From a virus (taxonomy: Duplodnaviria > Caudoviricetes), in the IMG/VR virus record IMGVR_UViG_3300023171_000001, positions 1 through 55,453 of that record: a DNA stretch of 55,453 nt; one strand, given 5' to 3'. The notes below the pieces were generated by a model. It was not told where the DNA came from and searched no databases. It saw only the letters and a list, made by a program, of their open reading frames with translations. Numbering within the stretch: position 1 is the stretch's first letter; each line of letters opens with the position of its first letter. The translations under genes were made by a program, and so were the position numbers. Shown here piece by piece: positions 18,153 through 28,110 of this stretch.

Positions 18153-19247
18153 ATGAAATTAGAAACGATTTTTGGTGCATACGGTCAACGCTTACAAGTC
18201 TTAATTGACAGCAGTATGGCCAGATTTGCACCCAATGTATACCAAGACTTTTTTGACTGGTCGCCAGCACAAATGTCTTTGGAATATACCAGTGTAGTAG
18301 GAGAAGCCCGAATTGAAGCAGCCGCTTCAGTTGTGAACCGTGATGCAAAAACTCCTTTGCGTTCACGTCCTACAATTGACAAATTGACTGGTACTATTCC
18401 AGCAATTCGTGAAATGTTCACAATGAAAGAAAGCAATTATCGCGAGTTTTTAATGTTGCAACAAATGCAGGTTGCTGATTCGACAAAAATGAAGCAATTG
18501 TTGTCGTTTTTGTTTGATGATGTTAAAAAAGCAGCTGAATCCGCACATTCGCGTTTGGATATTTTTTGTTTAGAAGGTTTGTCTACTGGACAAATTACCC
18601 TAAGCACAACAAATAATCCTGACGGTGTAGTTTTAACAACTGCACTTGATTTGCAAATGCCTTCTGCAAATAAAACAAATGCTTCAGTACTTTGGTCGAA
18701 TGCCGCAGGTGCAAAACCTTTGGACGACATCAACACTGTGGTAGATGCGTTTGCCGCTAAAGGTGTTACTATTGCTGAAATATTGATGTCGAAAGTTTTG
18801 TTCAATCAGTTCAGAGCCACGGCACAAATGGCTAATACTTTGGCCGCTTTCTTCTTCATTAAGCCCGCTTCAATGAACAACCCAACAGCCGTAACAACAT
18901 TGACAAACATTAATGAATACATGGTTGCACAGGAATTGCCAATTATCAAAATCATTGACAAACCTGTGGGCATTGAAAAAGATGGCGTTATTGGAACGTA
19001 CCAGCCGTTTCTTTCAACTGTGGCCGTATTTAAGCCAGCTGGTAAAATTGGTACTATCAAAAACGCTATGGCTATTGAATCAATGAAGCCAGTAGAAAAT
19101 GTTAGTTATGGTGTTTATAATAACGCTTTAATCTCAAAATGGTCGTCAAACGAACCGTGGCAGGAACATACTAAAGTGGAAATGAACGCAATGACTTCGT
19201 TTGATAACATCAAATATTGTCATATTTTGACTTGTACAGGATTCTAA
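18153..19247 (+). CDS. Major capsid protein (gpE-like family)
   Basis: AASVV..DAKTPLRSR, G.IPAI, W.....KPL.DI; 364 aa; synteny. Confidence 0.9.
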   Translation: MKLETIFGAYGQRLQVLIDSSMARFAPNVYQDFFDWSPAQMSLEYTSVVGEARIEAAASVVNRDAKTPLRSRPTIDKLTGTIPAIREMFTMKESNYREFLMLQQMQVADSTKMKQLLSFLFDDVKKAAESAHSRLDIFCLEGLSTGQITLSTTNNPDGVVLTTALDLQMPSANKTNASVLWSNAAGAKPLDDINTVVDAFAAKGVTIAEILMSKVLFNQFRATAQMANTLAAFFFIKPASMNNPTAVTTLTNINEYMVAQELPIIKIIDKPVGIEKDGVIGTYQPFLSTVAVFKPAGKIGTIKNAMAIESMKPVENVSYGVYNNALISKWSSNEPWQEHTKVEMNAMTSFDNIKYCHILTCTGF

Positions 19248-19266
19248 CAGTTTAATTTGAGAAACT

Positions 19267-19596
19267 ATGACTATTGCCGCTTATATCCAATCAATGACTG
19301 GAAAATTTGGAATCGCTGTTAATGACAACGAACTAACTGCTTTATTCATTGATCTGGATATAAGTGAAAGTGAAGTATATTCAAAAACCACTTCACAAAA
19401 GGCAAAAAAGGCCTTAGTTTCTCTTTTAAATCAGTTGTTATTAGCTGCAAAAACGGTAAAAGAGGGGGATATGAGTATTTCTAATGCTGACCAGGATGGT
19501 ATCATTGCATTTTGCAAGATACTATGCAAGGAAGCAGGGATTGAAAACCCTTTTGAAGCTTCAATAATCGTCGAAGACAAATCTTATTTATGGTAA
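19267..19596 (+). CDS. Head-tail adaptor (DUF6706-like)
   Basis: VKEGDMSIS ... LCKE.G ... W terminus; synteny. Confidence 0.7.
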   Translation: MTIAAYIQSMTGKFGIAVNDNELTALFIDLDISESEVYSKTTSQKAKKALVSLLNQLLLAAKTVKEGDMSISNADQDGIIAFCKILCKEAGIENPFEASIIVEDKSYLW

Positions 19597-19925
19597 AAGC
19601 ATTTTCTTTTTATCCTTACAGGCTTGAAAAGCTTACAAAGGATGCATCAACCCAAAACACAAATGGTAATTTCGTAACGTCTTCAGGAAGTTACGAATTT
19701 GTTTGTTTGTGCAGGGACAAGAAAAGTGTGGCCAACAATACGATAGTTATAGACGAAGGCAAAAGAACAAAGACCAGAACCATATCAATTTATTGTCCTT
19801 TTGGAACCGTGGCTTTAACGCCTGGAACTATTGTAAGGGTAGTTGATGAAAATGGAACAATCCGTTCTTCAGGCGAAATAGTTGAATCAGAATCTAACCG
19901 TTTGCACACAGTACAATGGCTTTAG
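19590..19925 (+). CDS. Head closure/stopper protein
   Basis: Size, synteny, CRD and IYCP...L.PG..VRV. Confidence 0.6.
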   Translation: MVKAFSFYPYRLEKLTKDASTQNTNGNFVTSSGSYEFVCLCRDKKSVANNTIVIDEGKRTKTRTISIYCPFGTVALTPGTIVRVVDENGTIRSSGEIVESESNRLHTVQWL

Positions 19926-20359
19926 GAGGCGTAAAATTTATAACTAAACAATCAGAAATCAACAAAGTCTTAAACGGCTTTACTGACAGGGTTGGACAGG
20001 CCTTTTTAAAGTGCCTTATTTTTCTAGGTGACGAACTTGTTGCCAGGGCGAAAGCTAACGGACAATACAACAATGTAACTTTCAGGCTTAGAAGTTCAGT
20101 AGGGTACCAAGTAGGGGTTTATGGAAAAGTTGTAAGATCGTCGTTTTCTACAGGTCGTCGTGAAGGTGCAATGGAAGGTAGGAATCTTGCTACTTCCATT
20201 ATTGCGGCTAATTCACAACATGAATTTATACTTGTTGTTGTGGCTGGAATGAATTACGCGAAGTCAGTAGAAGCACGTGGTAAAGATGTTTTAACCTCCA
20301 CCGAAATCTTTGCAAACCAAAGAATTCCTTCAATGCTCAAAGCCTTAAATATTTCGTAA
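19916..20359 (+). CDS. HK97 gp10-like neck protein
   Basis: Y...T..LRSSVGY and LVVVAGMNYA..VEARG.DVL. Confidence 0.8.
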   Translation: MALGGVKFITKQSEINKVLNGFTDRVGQAFLKCLIFLGDELVARAKANGQYNNVTFRLRSSVGYQVGVYGKVVRSSFSTGRREGAMEGRNLATSIIAANSQHEFILVVVAGMNYAKSVEARGKDVLTSTEIFANQRIPSMLKALNIS

Positions 20360-20763
20360 TGCAAAACACGGCAGAACTTTTAACTGCACTCTACAAGATT
20401 GCAGAAGACAAGAATTATAAAACCCTCCTAAGTGGTGGTATCTATAAGAATGAAAGGCCTTTGAATTCTGAATTTGAAGACATGGTTCTTAATACTCTGG
20501 GGGCGTTTGAAGATAACTTTTCACAAGGAATTGCTAATGTTAATGTTTACGTTCCAAAGGCTGAATATTTGATAAAAGGGAAGCCGACGAAGTTGCGAAA
20601 CGGTGAAAGGTGCGACATGATTATTGCAAAAATGCGTGACGACTTCAAAAGGAATTCAGGTGCAGGGTTCAATATTTGGACACAATCGCACCAAGAATTT
20701 ACAGACCCAGATTCTGGGGATATTATGATTAATTTTCGTTTAGAATTTAGAATATTTATTTAA
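20359..20763 (+). CDS. Tail terminator/completion protein
   Basis: LSGGIYK..RP.NS..ED.V.N, NVNVYVP and INFR; synteny. Confidence 0.7.
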   Translation: MQNTAELLTALYKIAEDKNYKTLLSGGIYKNERPLNSEFEDMVLNTLGAFEDNFSQGIANVNVYVPKAEYLIKGKPTKLRNGERCDMIIAKMRDDFKRNSGAGFNIWTQSHQEFTDPDSGDIMINFRLEFRIFI

Positions 20764-20778
20764 TTTTTTTATAAGATT

Positions 20779-21291
20779 ATGGCAAATGTAACCACTACGG
20801 GTCTTGTCGCATTCCAGTCTTCAGCAATTGCAGTTGATGGCGGTTTTGGTACAACTTTTACAGAAGTTGGCCTTGTTAATGCCGATTCTGTAGTTTTAGA
20901 TACTTCAGACCCAGAATTAACCCAGTTTTTTGCCGAACAGGTTGACGACGCAGTTTATGAGAGTTCAAGAAAAGGTACTACAACTTTAGAGTTGGATTTG
21001 GGTTTTGCTGATTTGGCACAAATTCAAAAATTCTTAGGTGGTACAATTACAGGTTCTGGTGATGATGCCGTTTGGAACGCACCGTTGACACCTCCAAATA
21101 TTGAACTTTCGTTTAAGCTTGTTCCTACCGTTGGGTATGTCCTTAACGTTGTTAGAGGAAAAGTTACGGCAAAGATCACAGGCGGATTTATCAAAACAGA
21201 TAACATGAAAGTTCATTTATTGATTACTTTCTTGTTGCCGAAAAAAGCAGCAACAGCCCCTTATTTTTTCACTTTGGTGGAAGCTGAATAA
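20779..21291 (+). CDS. Major tail tube protein
   Basis: 170 aa, FFAEQ.DD and FLGG; synteny; followed by a terminator. Confidence 0.8.
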   Translation: MANVTTTGLVAFQSSAIAVDGGFGTTFTEVGLVNADSVVLDTSDPELTQFFAEQVDDAVYESSRKGTTTLELDLGFADLAQIQKFLGGTITGSGDDAVWNAPLTPPNIELSFKLVPTVGYVLNVVRGKVTAKITGGFIKTDNMKVHLLITFLLPKKAATAPYFFTLVEAE

Positions 21292-21318
21292 GAATCTACT
21301 GGCTAATTTATTAACCTG

Positions 21319-21347
21319 AAGCCCTCGAATATTCGGGGGCTTTTTTT
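21319..21347 (+). terminator. Rho-independent terminator
   Basis: AAGCCCTCGAA-ta-TTCGGGGGCTTTTTTT. Confidence 0.85.
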
Positions 21348-21358
21348 CTAAAAAAGAC

Positions 21359-21886
21359 ATGGCAAAGAAGAAATTAACAGAAGAAGAAAAGATTAAAATT
21401 GAACAACAGGAAGCAAACAACCTTGTTGAAAGTGGTATGCACTTCATGGTTCGCAAAAAATCCGCATTAAGTATTTTTTCTAAGAACAAAGAAAGAAAGT
21501 TTATTATTCGGCAGCCATATCTTGGTGCATTAGATTTGATGTGTAAAGAATTTCTTAAACTTGAATTTGATGAAGAAGAAGCAAAGCTTGATAGTTTGAA
21601 TTTGATGAAAAAAATTGCTTCTAGGAATATGGACGTGCTTTGCAATATTGTCGCCATATCAGTTTTAGATTCGGAATGGAAAATTAAATTATTTAAAAAA
21701 TATCTGGCTTATTATATCAGATGGAGGGTAACACCTGAAACACTTTTGAACCTATCCATTATTATCTTGCAGCTTTGCAACCATGAGGATTTTATGCACT
21801 CTATCAGATTTCTAAGAGTGGTGCAAACCACAAGGCCGCAGCTGATAGAGAACGACAAAGCGGCCTTAAATCCACCTATGGAGTAA
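21359..21886 (+). CDS. Tail assembly chaperone (gpG-like)
   Basis: Lies between the tail tube and tape measure genes; I.QP.LG.LD. Confidence 0.75.
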   Translation: MAKKKLTEEEKIKIEQQEANNLVESGMHFMVRKKSALSIFSKNKERKFIIRQPYLGALDLMCKEFLKLEFDEEEAKLDSLNLMKKIASRNMDVLCNIVAISVLDSEWKIKLFKKYLAYYIRWRVTPETLLNLSIIILQLCNHEDFMHSIRFLRVVQTTRPQLIENDKAALNPPME

Positions 21887-22125
21887 GAGGGGCAATTTTA
21901 GCACATTTTGGCTGGACGTACCACTATTTAGTTTGGGGAATAAGATGGTCTATTGTCCAAAAAATGCTTGCCGATGCCCCAAGCTATGACTATTCAAATA
22001 ATGATGCTGAACAAACTTCAGCGACAAAAGAAGTACAGAAGCCAATAACCAAAAAAGGCCTGGCTTTATTCAAAGATCAAAACGACGCAAAAGTAAAAGA
22101 GTTTATTTTGAAAAATTCTAAATAA
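21787..22125 (+). CDS. Tail assembly chaperone -1 frameshift extension (gpT-like; no own start)
   Basis: The -1 frame is open 21787-22125 (…GLKSTYGVRGAILAHFGWTYHYLVWGIRWSIVQKMLADAPSY…). Candidate slippery sites are G_GAT_TTT 21787-21793 and C_TTA_AAT 21865-21871. Confidence 0.8.
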   Translation, partial: GFYALYQISKSGANHKAAADRERQSGLKSTYGVRGAILAHFGWTYHYLVWGIRWSIVQKMLADAPSYDYSNNDAEQTSATKEVQKPITKKGLALFKDQNDAKVKEFILKNSK

Positions 22126-22132
22126 TAAATCA

Positions 22133-25100
22133 ATGTCAGCACAAGGAACACTTGCTTTCGATTCTTATATTAATACAGCCCCGTTTCTGAATGGCATTAA
22201 CCAAATACGGGCTGGTATCAATACTTTGCCACGTATTACCAACGCTTCACTAGGTTCTGTTAACTCCCAGTTTGCCACGGGTTTCGGAAGTATTGGAAAG
22301 CTAATAGGCGGTTATCTGGCTTTTTCTCAACTCAAAGATTTAGGCAAGCAAATTATCAACGTACGTTCAGAAATGCAGTCATTAGATATAGCATTTCGTA
22401 CAATGCTTAAATCTAAGTCGGCAGCTGATAAGATGATGAAGCAAGTGATTGATTTTGCTGCAAAAACACCTTTCAATGTAATGGAAGTAGGGGCTGCAAC
22501 CAAAAGTCTTTTGGCTTACGGTTTTGCGGCTTCCGATGTATTCAAAACACTAAGAAGGCTGTCTGATATTAGTTCAGGTCTAAAAATACCTCTAAATGAT
22601 TTAGTGTATTTGTATGGTACTTTGAGAGTACAAGGCCGTGCTTATGCCCGTGACATTACCCAGTTTGCACAACGTGGGATTCCTATTTACGACGAATTGG
22701 CGAAGGTATTAGGCGTAAATGTGGACAAGGTGAAGGAACTGGTTTCTTCTGGAAAAGTCGGCTTCAAAGAAGTTGAACAAGCCTTTGCAAACATGACCGC
22801 AGCGGGTGGCCAATTCTTTGATCTAACTGCGAAGAATTCGCAAACACTGAACGGCTTAATTTCAAATCTTGGTGATAAGTTCATTAAGATGTTCAATGAA
22901 ATTGGTGAAAGTCAAGAAGGTGTAATTATCGACGGAATCAAAGGTTTGTCAACCCTGGTAGATCACTATGAAGACGTTTTAAAGGTTCTTGCTGCAATAG
23001 TTGCGGCTTATGGTGCTTATAAGGCTGCCTTGTTCCTAATAAACAATGCAAATACAATCGGTACAATAGTAAGATCAACACAGGCATACATTGCACAAGC
23101 TTTGGCGATTAGAAGCGTTGCACAGGCACAGGCGTTTTTAAGTGCTACAATGACAGCCACCAGTTGGGCATTGGTTGCTGGTGCAATTATTGGTGTAGTT
23201 ACGGCATTAGTTTTATACTCCGATAAATTACTTGATTTGCGTTCAACACAAGAAAAAATTAATGAAGCCAATGAAGAATTTGCACAAGGTTTGGATAAGA
23301 TCAAACAAAGTTCGCAGGAATATCTTGGTATAATTAATGATGAAGCTTCAACCCGTCGCCAGCAAATAGCGGCCTTCAATGCTTTGGCCAAACTGTATCC
23401 GCAGGCCTTGAAAAACCTTGATCTGGATACATTCAAAAGAAAGTCTTCTACACAGGCACAAAAAGAATTGAATGAAGCTTTCGACCAGTTCAATATTGAT
23501 GGCTTGAATGATAGATTGAAGGCAGCACAGGGAGAATTGAAAACTTTTGAAGAAGCAGCAAAACGGGCAACTGATGCGGCAAGAATTTCACCTGAATCCG
23601 CTGAACAGGCTGCGATCTATGGCCAACAGGTGGAGGAATCGAAAAAGAAAGTTCAAGACCTTCAGGAACAGGTTGAAGAATTCAACAAAACACAGCTGGC
23701 AGCATCGCCAGTGCTGGTTCAGATCGGATATTATAATGATTTGGTTAATAGCCTGAAGGAAAGAAAGCAGAAGTTACTTGAAGCCATTAGGAGCGAAGAA
23801 AAAATGGTTCAGGTCGGAGAATCGTTGAAAATAATATTTCAACAAATGAGCCTAAAAGACCTGAATAGACAGATTATTGATGCCAATACGTCGCTAGAAA
23901 ACCTTAAAAAAACCGCTTCAGAAACCAAACTTGACGGAACATACAAGGACTTTCAGGATATGAAAAAGGCAAACGAAGAATTGCTTCAGAATATCAAAAC
24001 AGTTAACGGTAAAACCACCACAAAGGAAGACGCTGAAAATTGGAAGTTATATTCAAAGAATATTCTATTGGCTCAAAAAGGTCTTGACGCTTACAATATC
24101 ACCAAAAAGGAAAGTAAAAAAGACGAAGTTTTTACGCCTGGCAGCTTGAAAGCGTACGATCAAGCAGCTACTAAAGCAAAGGAAGCCTTAGAAAAAACTA
24201 ATACTTCCAACGTTGCACAAATTCAGCGTTACAACCAAATACGCTTTGAAAATGAAGAAAAGGCAGCGGAATTAAGGAAAAGCTTAGAAATCCGAAGCTT
24301 TGAAGAAGAACTTGAATATAAACGTAAAGAATATCAAAAATTCAGGTCTTTTGCTGTCAATGTAAGCGAAGAAGCAGCCCGTGAAAGTTATCAAAGTTTA
24401 ATCAGTGAGGGCAAAAGCTATCTTGATTATTTGCAAGAACAAGCTGAAAGATTAAGGCAAAAAATTGACAGCGGTACGGATAACAGCAAAGATAGGGCAA
24501 ACTTTTTCTTGGTTTCTGAAGCAATTGAAGACGAAACACAAACCTTTGAAAAGTACAAAAGCAAAATTGATTTAGCAAAAGAATCAGTTGCTACGCTTAC
24601 TGATTATTTGGTTTTATTACGTCAGCAACAAGCCAAATTAAATCAATCTGATATTGAAAGGACTAATTTTATTTCTGGGAAAATTCTTGAAGTGGAAAGG
24701 GAAAGAAACGCCTTGCTTCGTGATTTTCTGGTACAAACTAACGCTGGCGGGGCTGGGATAGACAATATCAAAAAGTATTATGATAGCATTAGAAAGACGA
24801 TCTATGATAATGCAAAAAAGACAATAAGCCCAACAGCTGGTTTAGGCATGGCCGTTCTTGCTGCGGTACAACTCAAAGAAGTGACCAGGGCAGAAGGCAA
24901 GGCAGTAACAGAAATGTCAGTTGATACCGTTCGTAAAACCTCTCAAGCCTATAAGGAATTGAATCGTGTAATATTGGGAGATCAGAAAAAAGTGCTACGT
25001 GAAAGGCTACAGCAATTACAGCGATACAAAGAAGACCTTTCTGCAAAAGGTATCAATGACGGTGATGAATTCAACCAAGTAACAGATGATATTTTGGTGA

Positions 25101-26494
25101 TGCAGAAAGAACTTGAAAGTGCAACCTTCCAGGGTTACAACGACCTTCTGGGAATTGTTCAAAATATCGGTGGAGAATTTGAAAACATTGACGGTGTTTT
25201 GGGGCAAATTGGAAGTGCCTTGTCAGGTCTGTCAGGTGCTGGCGGTTCTTTCTTGCAGGCGATTCAAGGCATCGCCAGCGGAAACCCAGTTCAGGCAATT
25301 GGTGCCGTTGTGAATGCACTAGTTGGAATGTTTACAGCTATTGCGAAGAATCGCCAGGAGAACAAGGAATTCCTGAAAGATAGAGGTTTGGCAATTGCTG
25401 CACAAAAACGTCAATATAATGAATTAGTTCGGGAGGAAAGAAGGCTTGCATCAATCGAAAACGGCAACCCTTTCGTTAAGAATTACAAAGGCATTATTAA
25501 AGACGGTTCTAATGCCTTAGCAGCTGCATCAAAGGACTATGAAGCCAGTCTGAAGAAGCTAAAAAACGGCATTGCAAAATCTGGTACTAAAGATTATATG
25601 GACGTAAAGGACTTATTCAAAGGCCTTGTTCTGGGTGCGGTTGGTGTTTTTGCAACGGGAGTATTAGGAAAGAAAACAACAGATGCTTATTTGCCATTAT
25701 TGAAACTTTACCCTAACCTTGTCAAAACATTACAAAATGGTAAGCAGGAATTTGACACCAAACTAGCACAAAGCTTGATTGATAATGATCGTGTAGACGA
25801 CGCAACAAAACAGCTATTAGAAGAAGTTATTGCGAATGTCAAAGAAATGGACGCGGCCAAAGAACAGATTCTTGATGTTATTGTTGATCTGGCTGGCGGA
25901 ATTGGCGATCAGTTACGGGATAATTTGGTTAATGCGTTCAAAGAAGGTGGTTCAGCTGCCGTTGCCTTTGGTCAAACAGTTAGCCAGGTAATTGAAGAAG
26001 TGATTTCAAAGGCTTTGTTTAGTGCTATTTTTGGGCAGGCCTTCGACGCTTTGACCGATGATTTTAAAAAATCTATGGACGTGGCCGTTGGCGGTGACGG
26101 GAAGCTTGACGACGATCTTGTAAGATTTTTTAAGACTTATCCACAGCTTGCAGAAGTGTACTTCAAAGGCCTTGCTGATGCAAAAAAACAGGCGGAATCT
26201 TTAGGACTTGACATTTTTGGAAGTACTTCAGGAACAAACGGTTCAGGTAATAGCCTAAGCGGTTCAATCAAAGGTATAACTGAACAAACCGCTGGTCTAT
26301 TGGCTGGCCAAATGAATGCCATACGCATTTACGTTGCCCAGGGTGTTGATATTAATCGAACGCTATTAATTGAAACTACAGCCATTCGGCAAAGTATTGT
26401 CACTTATTTACCATATTTGCAAAGCATTGACGCAAAACTTGGAGCCATGACCACCACCGACGGATTAAGGGCAGGCGGAATTAAAAACTTCTAA
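22133..26494 (+). CDS. Tape measure protein
   Basis: 1453 aa; tape-measure N-terminal domain (FAAKTPF....A.K.LLAYG, QFAQRGIPIY.ELAK); long helical body. Confidence 0.95.
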   Translation: MSAQGTLAFDSYINTAPFLNGINQIRAGINTLPRITNASLGSVNSQFATGFGSIGKLIGGYLAFSQLKDLGKQIINVRSEMQSLDIAFRTMLKSKSAADKMMKQVIDFAAKTPFNVMEVGAATKSLLAYGFAASDVFKTLRRLSDISSGLKIPLNDLVYLYGTLRVQGRAYARDITQFAQRGIPIYDELAKVLGVNVDKVKELVSSGKVGFKEVEQAFANMTAAGGQFFDLTAKNSQTLNGLISNLGDKFIKMFNEIGESQEGVIIDGIKGLSTLVDHYEDVLKVLAAIVAAYGAYKAALFLINNANTIGTIVRSTQAYIAQALAIRSVAQAQAFLSATMTATSWALVAGAIIGVVTALVLYSDKLLDLRSTQEKINEANEEFAQGLDKIKQSSQEYLGIINDEASTRRQQIAAFNALAKLYPQALKNLDLDTFKRKSSTQAQKELNEAFDQFNIDGLNDRLKAAQGELKTFEEAAKRATDAARISPESAEQAAIYGQQVEESKKKVQDLQEQVEEFNKTQLAASPVLVQIGYYNDLVNSLKERKQKLLEAIRSEEKMVQVGESLKIIFQQMSLKDLNRQIIDANTSLENLKKTASETKLDGTYKDFQDMKKANEELLQNIKTVNGKTTTKEDAENWKLYSKNILLAQKGLDAYNITKKESKKDEVFTPGSLKAYDQAATKAKEALEKTNTSNVAQIQRYNQIRFENEEKAAELRKSLEIRSFEEELEYKRKEYQKFRSFAVNVSEEAARESYQSLISEGKSYLDYLQEQAERLRQKIDSGTDNSKDRANFFLVSEAIEDETQTFEKYKSKIDLAKESVATLTDYLVLLRQQQAKLNQSDIERTNFISGKILEVERERNALLRDFLVQTNAGGAGIDNIKKYYDSIRKTIYDNAKKTISPTAGLGMAVLAAVQLKEVTRAEGKAVTEMSVDTVRKTSQAYKELNRVILGDQKKVLRERLQQLQRYKEDLSAKGINDGDEFNQVTDDILVMQKELESATFQGYNDLLGIVQNIGGEFENIDGVLGQIGSALSGLSGAGGSFLQAIQGIASGNPVQAIGAVVNALVGMFTAIAKNRQENKEFLKDRGLAIAAQKRQYNELVREERRLASIENGNPFVKNYKGIIKDGSNALAAASKDYEASLKKLKNGIAKSGTKDYMDVKDLFKGLVLGAVGVFATGVLGKKTTDAYLPLLKLYPNLVKTLQNGKQEFDTKLAQSLIDNDRVDDATKQLLEEVIANVKEMDAAKEQILDVIVDLAGGIGDQLRDNLVNAFKEGGSAAVAFGQTVSQVIEEVISKALFSAIFGQAFDALTDDFKKSMDVAVGGDGKLDDDLVRFFKTYPQLAEVYFKGLADAKKQAESLGLDIFGSTSGTNGSGNSLSGSIKGITEQTAGLLAGQMNAIRIYVAQGVDINRTLLIETTAIRQSIVTYLPYLQSIDAKLGAMTTTDGLRAGGIKNF

Positions 26495-26501
26495 CACCAA
26501 A

Positions 26502-26531
26502 ACAACCTTCATAGATACTATGAAGGTTTTA
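26502..26531 (+). terminator. Hairpin/terminator-like palindrome between tape measure and Dit genes
   Basis: AACCTTCATAG-ata-CTATGAAGGTT-TT. Confidence 0.6.
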
Positions 26532-26542
26532 ACATTTTTAAA

Positions 26543-28105
26543 ATGGAAGAAATACTTGACGAAATAGTGGGAACAGAAGCCCCGCTGGTTTGGAAAATTA
26601 ACGACGTTGATTTTATTGATTATGGTGTTTATGTTTCTGCTTCTAAAAATCTAATGGAAGCACTAGAAATGAAAGACCCAGAAGTAGAAAAATGGGCTGG
26701 TCAGCATGGCGAATTTCTTGATCTGACGGCACCACGATATGAAGCCAGAGTAATAGAATTAGAATGCTTTCTTGCTGGTCAAGGCAAGCTTGATTTCTTC
26801 AATAAAGTTCGTGCATTTGTGCAGGCTATTCAAAAGAAAGGTCTTCAAAAGTTTACCGTTGAAACTTCTGATAAGCCTTTGATTTTTATGGTAGTTATGC
26901 AAAATTCTATGGATTTAGATAAAAAATGGAATGAAGAAGAAATGGTTGGTACTTTTTCTATAACACTTCGTGAGCCTCAACCTATCAAACGACTGTTAAG
27001 ATACGAACATACAGGGGACGGTTCAATTGATAATTCTGGAATAGATGCTACATGGAACGCTGTTACCTTTGGGAATGGCGTATTCGTGGCCGTGGCTAAT
27101 AGTGGCGTTACGTATGTAATGACTAGTACAAACGGAATCTTGTGGACTGCCAGGCTTGCAGCTGCAACTTCAGACTGGTACGCTGTTACATTTGGTGCAG
27201 GCAAATTTGTTGCCGTGGCAAGCAATGGAACACAGAATGTAATGACTAGTACGGACGGCATTACATGGAGCCTTCAAACGGCTGCTAATGGCAATTCATG
27301 GAACGGGATTTGTTATGGTGCAGGCCTTTTTGTAGCGATTTCTTATGATGGGACTTTAAACCAGGTAATGACCAGCCCCGACGGTGTTACATGGACTGCA
27401 AGGGTAACACCTGAAAACAATCAATGGCGATCTATTGTTTTTGCCAATGGACTATTCGTTGCCGTGGCCGATTCTGGTACCCATAGGGTAATGACTTCAC
27501 CCGACGGTATTACGTGGACAACAAGAACCGCTTCAGCTGCTTCAGAATGGTACAGTATAACGTTTGGGAATAGCACTTTTGTTGCCGTGGCTTATTCAGG
27601 TTCTACCAGGGTAATGACTTCACCCGACGGTATTACATGGACTTCAAGAACGGCACCAGCCCAAAGTTGGGCTTCTGTTACCTATGGGAAAGGTTTATTT
27701 GTAGCGGTTGGTTTTAGCGGTTCAGGAAATCGTGTAATGACCAGCCCCGACGGTGTGACCTGGACAAATAGAACTTCTACTGAAGACAACAATTTTAGAT
27801 CAGTTGTTTTAGGAAATGGCAAATTTGTTGCCGTGGCCAGGGACGGCACCCATAGGGTAATGTCTTCTTCTGATGGTATTGACTGGATTGACAATTCAAC
27901 GCAGCCGTTTGAATTATCCTTTAATTCGCCTAACGCAGTGAATATTTTCTGGGGTGACGGATTGATTGATTATGATGTGTATGGCGAAGCCGTCGTAAAC
28001 CATGAGTATGAAGAAGAAGGTGTGTATTACATCTTAATTGCTGGCGTAATTGAAGAAATAACCGATTTTGTAACAACCGCAGAAATAATTTGGAATAAAT
28101 ACTAA
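26543..28105 (+). CDS. Distal tail (Dit)-like protein with an inserted beta-propeller
   Basis: N-terminal DF..YGVYVS, W....G...DL..PRYE.R.I.L.C and LREP.P; ~7 repeats of W..V.FG.G.FVAV..SG..RVMTS.DG.TWT; C-terminal NIFWGDG...GVIEEI. Confidence 0.8.
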   Translation: MEEILDEIVGTEAPLVWKINDVDFIDYGVYVSASKNLMEALEMKDPEVEKWAGQHGEFLDLTAPRYEARVIELECFLAGQGKLDFFNKVRAFVQAIQKKGLQKFTVETSDKPLIFMVVMQNSMDLDKKWNEEEMVGTFSITLREPQPIKRLLRYEHTGDGSIDNSGIDATWNAVTFGNGVFVAVANSGVTYVMTSTNGILWTARLAAATSDWYAVTFGAGKFVAVASNGTQNVMTSTDGITWSLQTAANGNSWNGICYGAGLFVAISYDGTLNQVMTSPDGVTWTARVTPENNQWRSIVFANGLFVAVADSGTHRVMTSPDGITWTTRTASAASEWYSITFGNSTFVAVAYSGSTRVMTSPDGITWTSRTAPAQSWASVTYGKGLFVAVGFSGSGNRVMTSPDGVTWTNRTSTEDNNFRSVVLGNGKFVAVARDGTHRVMSSSDGIDWIDNSTQPFELSFNSPNAVNIFWGDGLIDYDVYGEAVVNHEYEEEGVYYILIAGVIEEITDFVTTAEIIWNKY

Positions 28106-28110
28106 TAACT

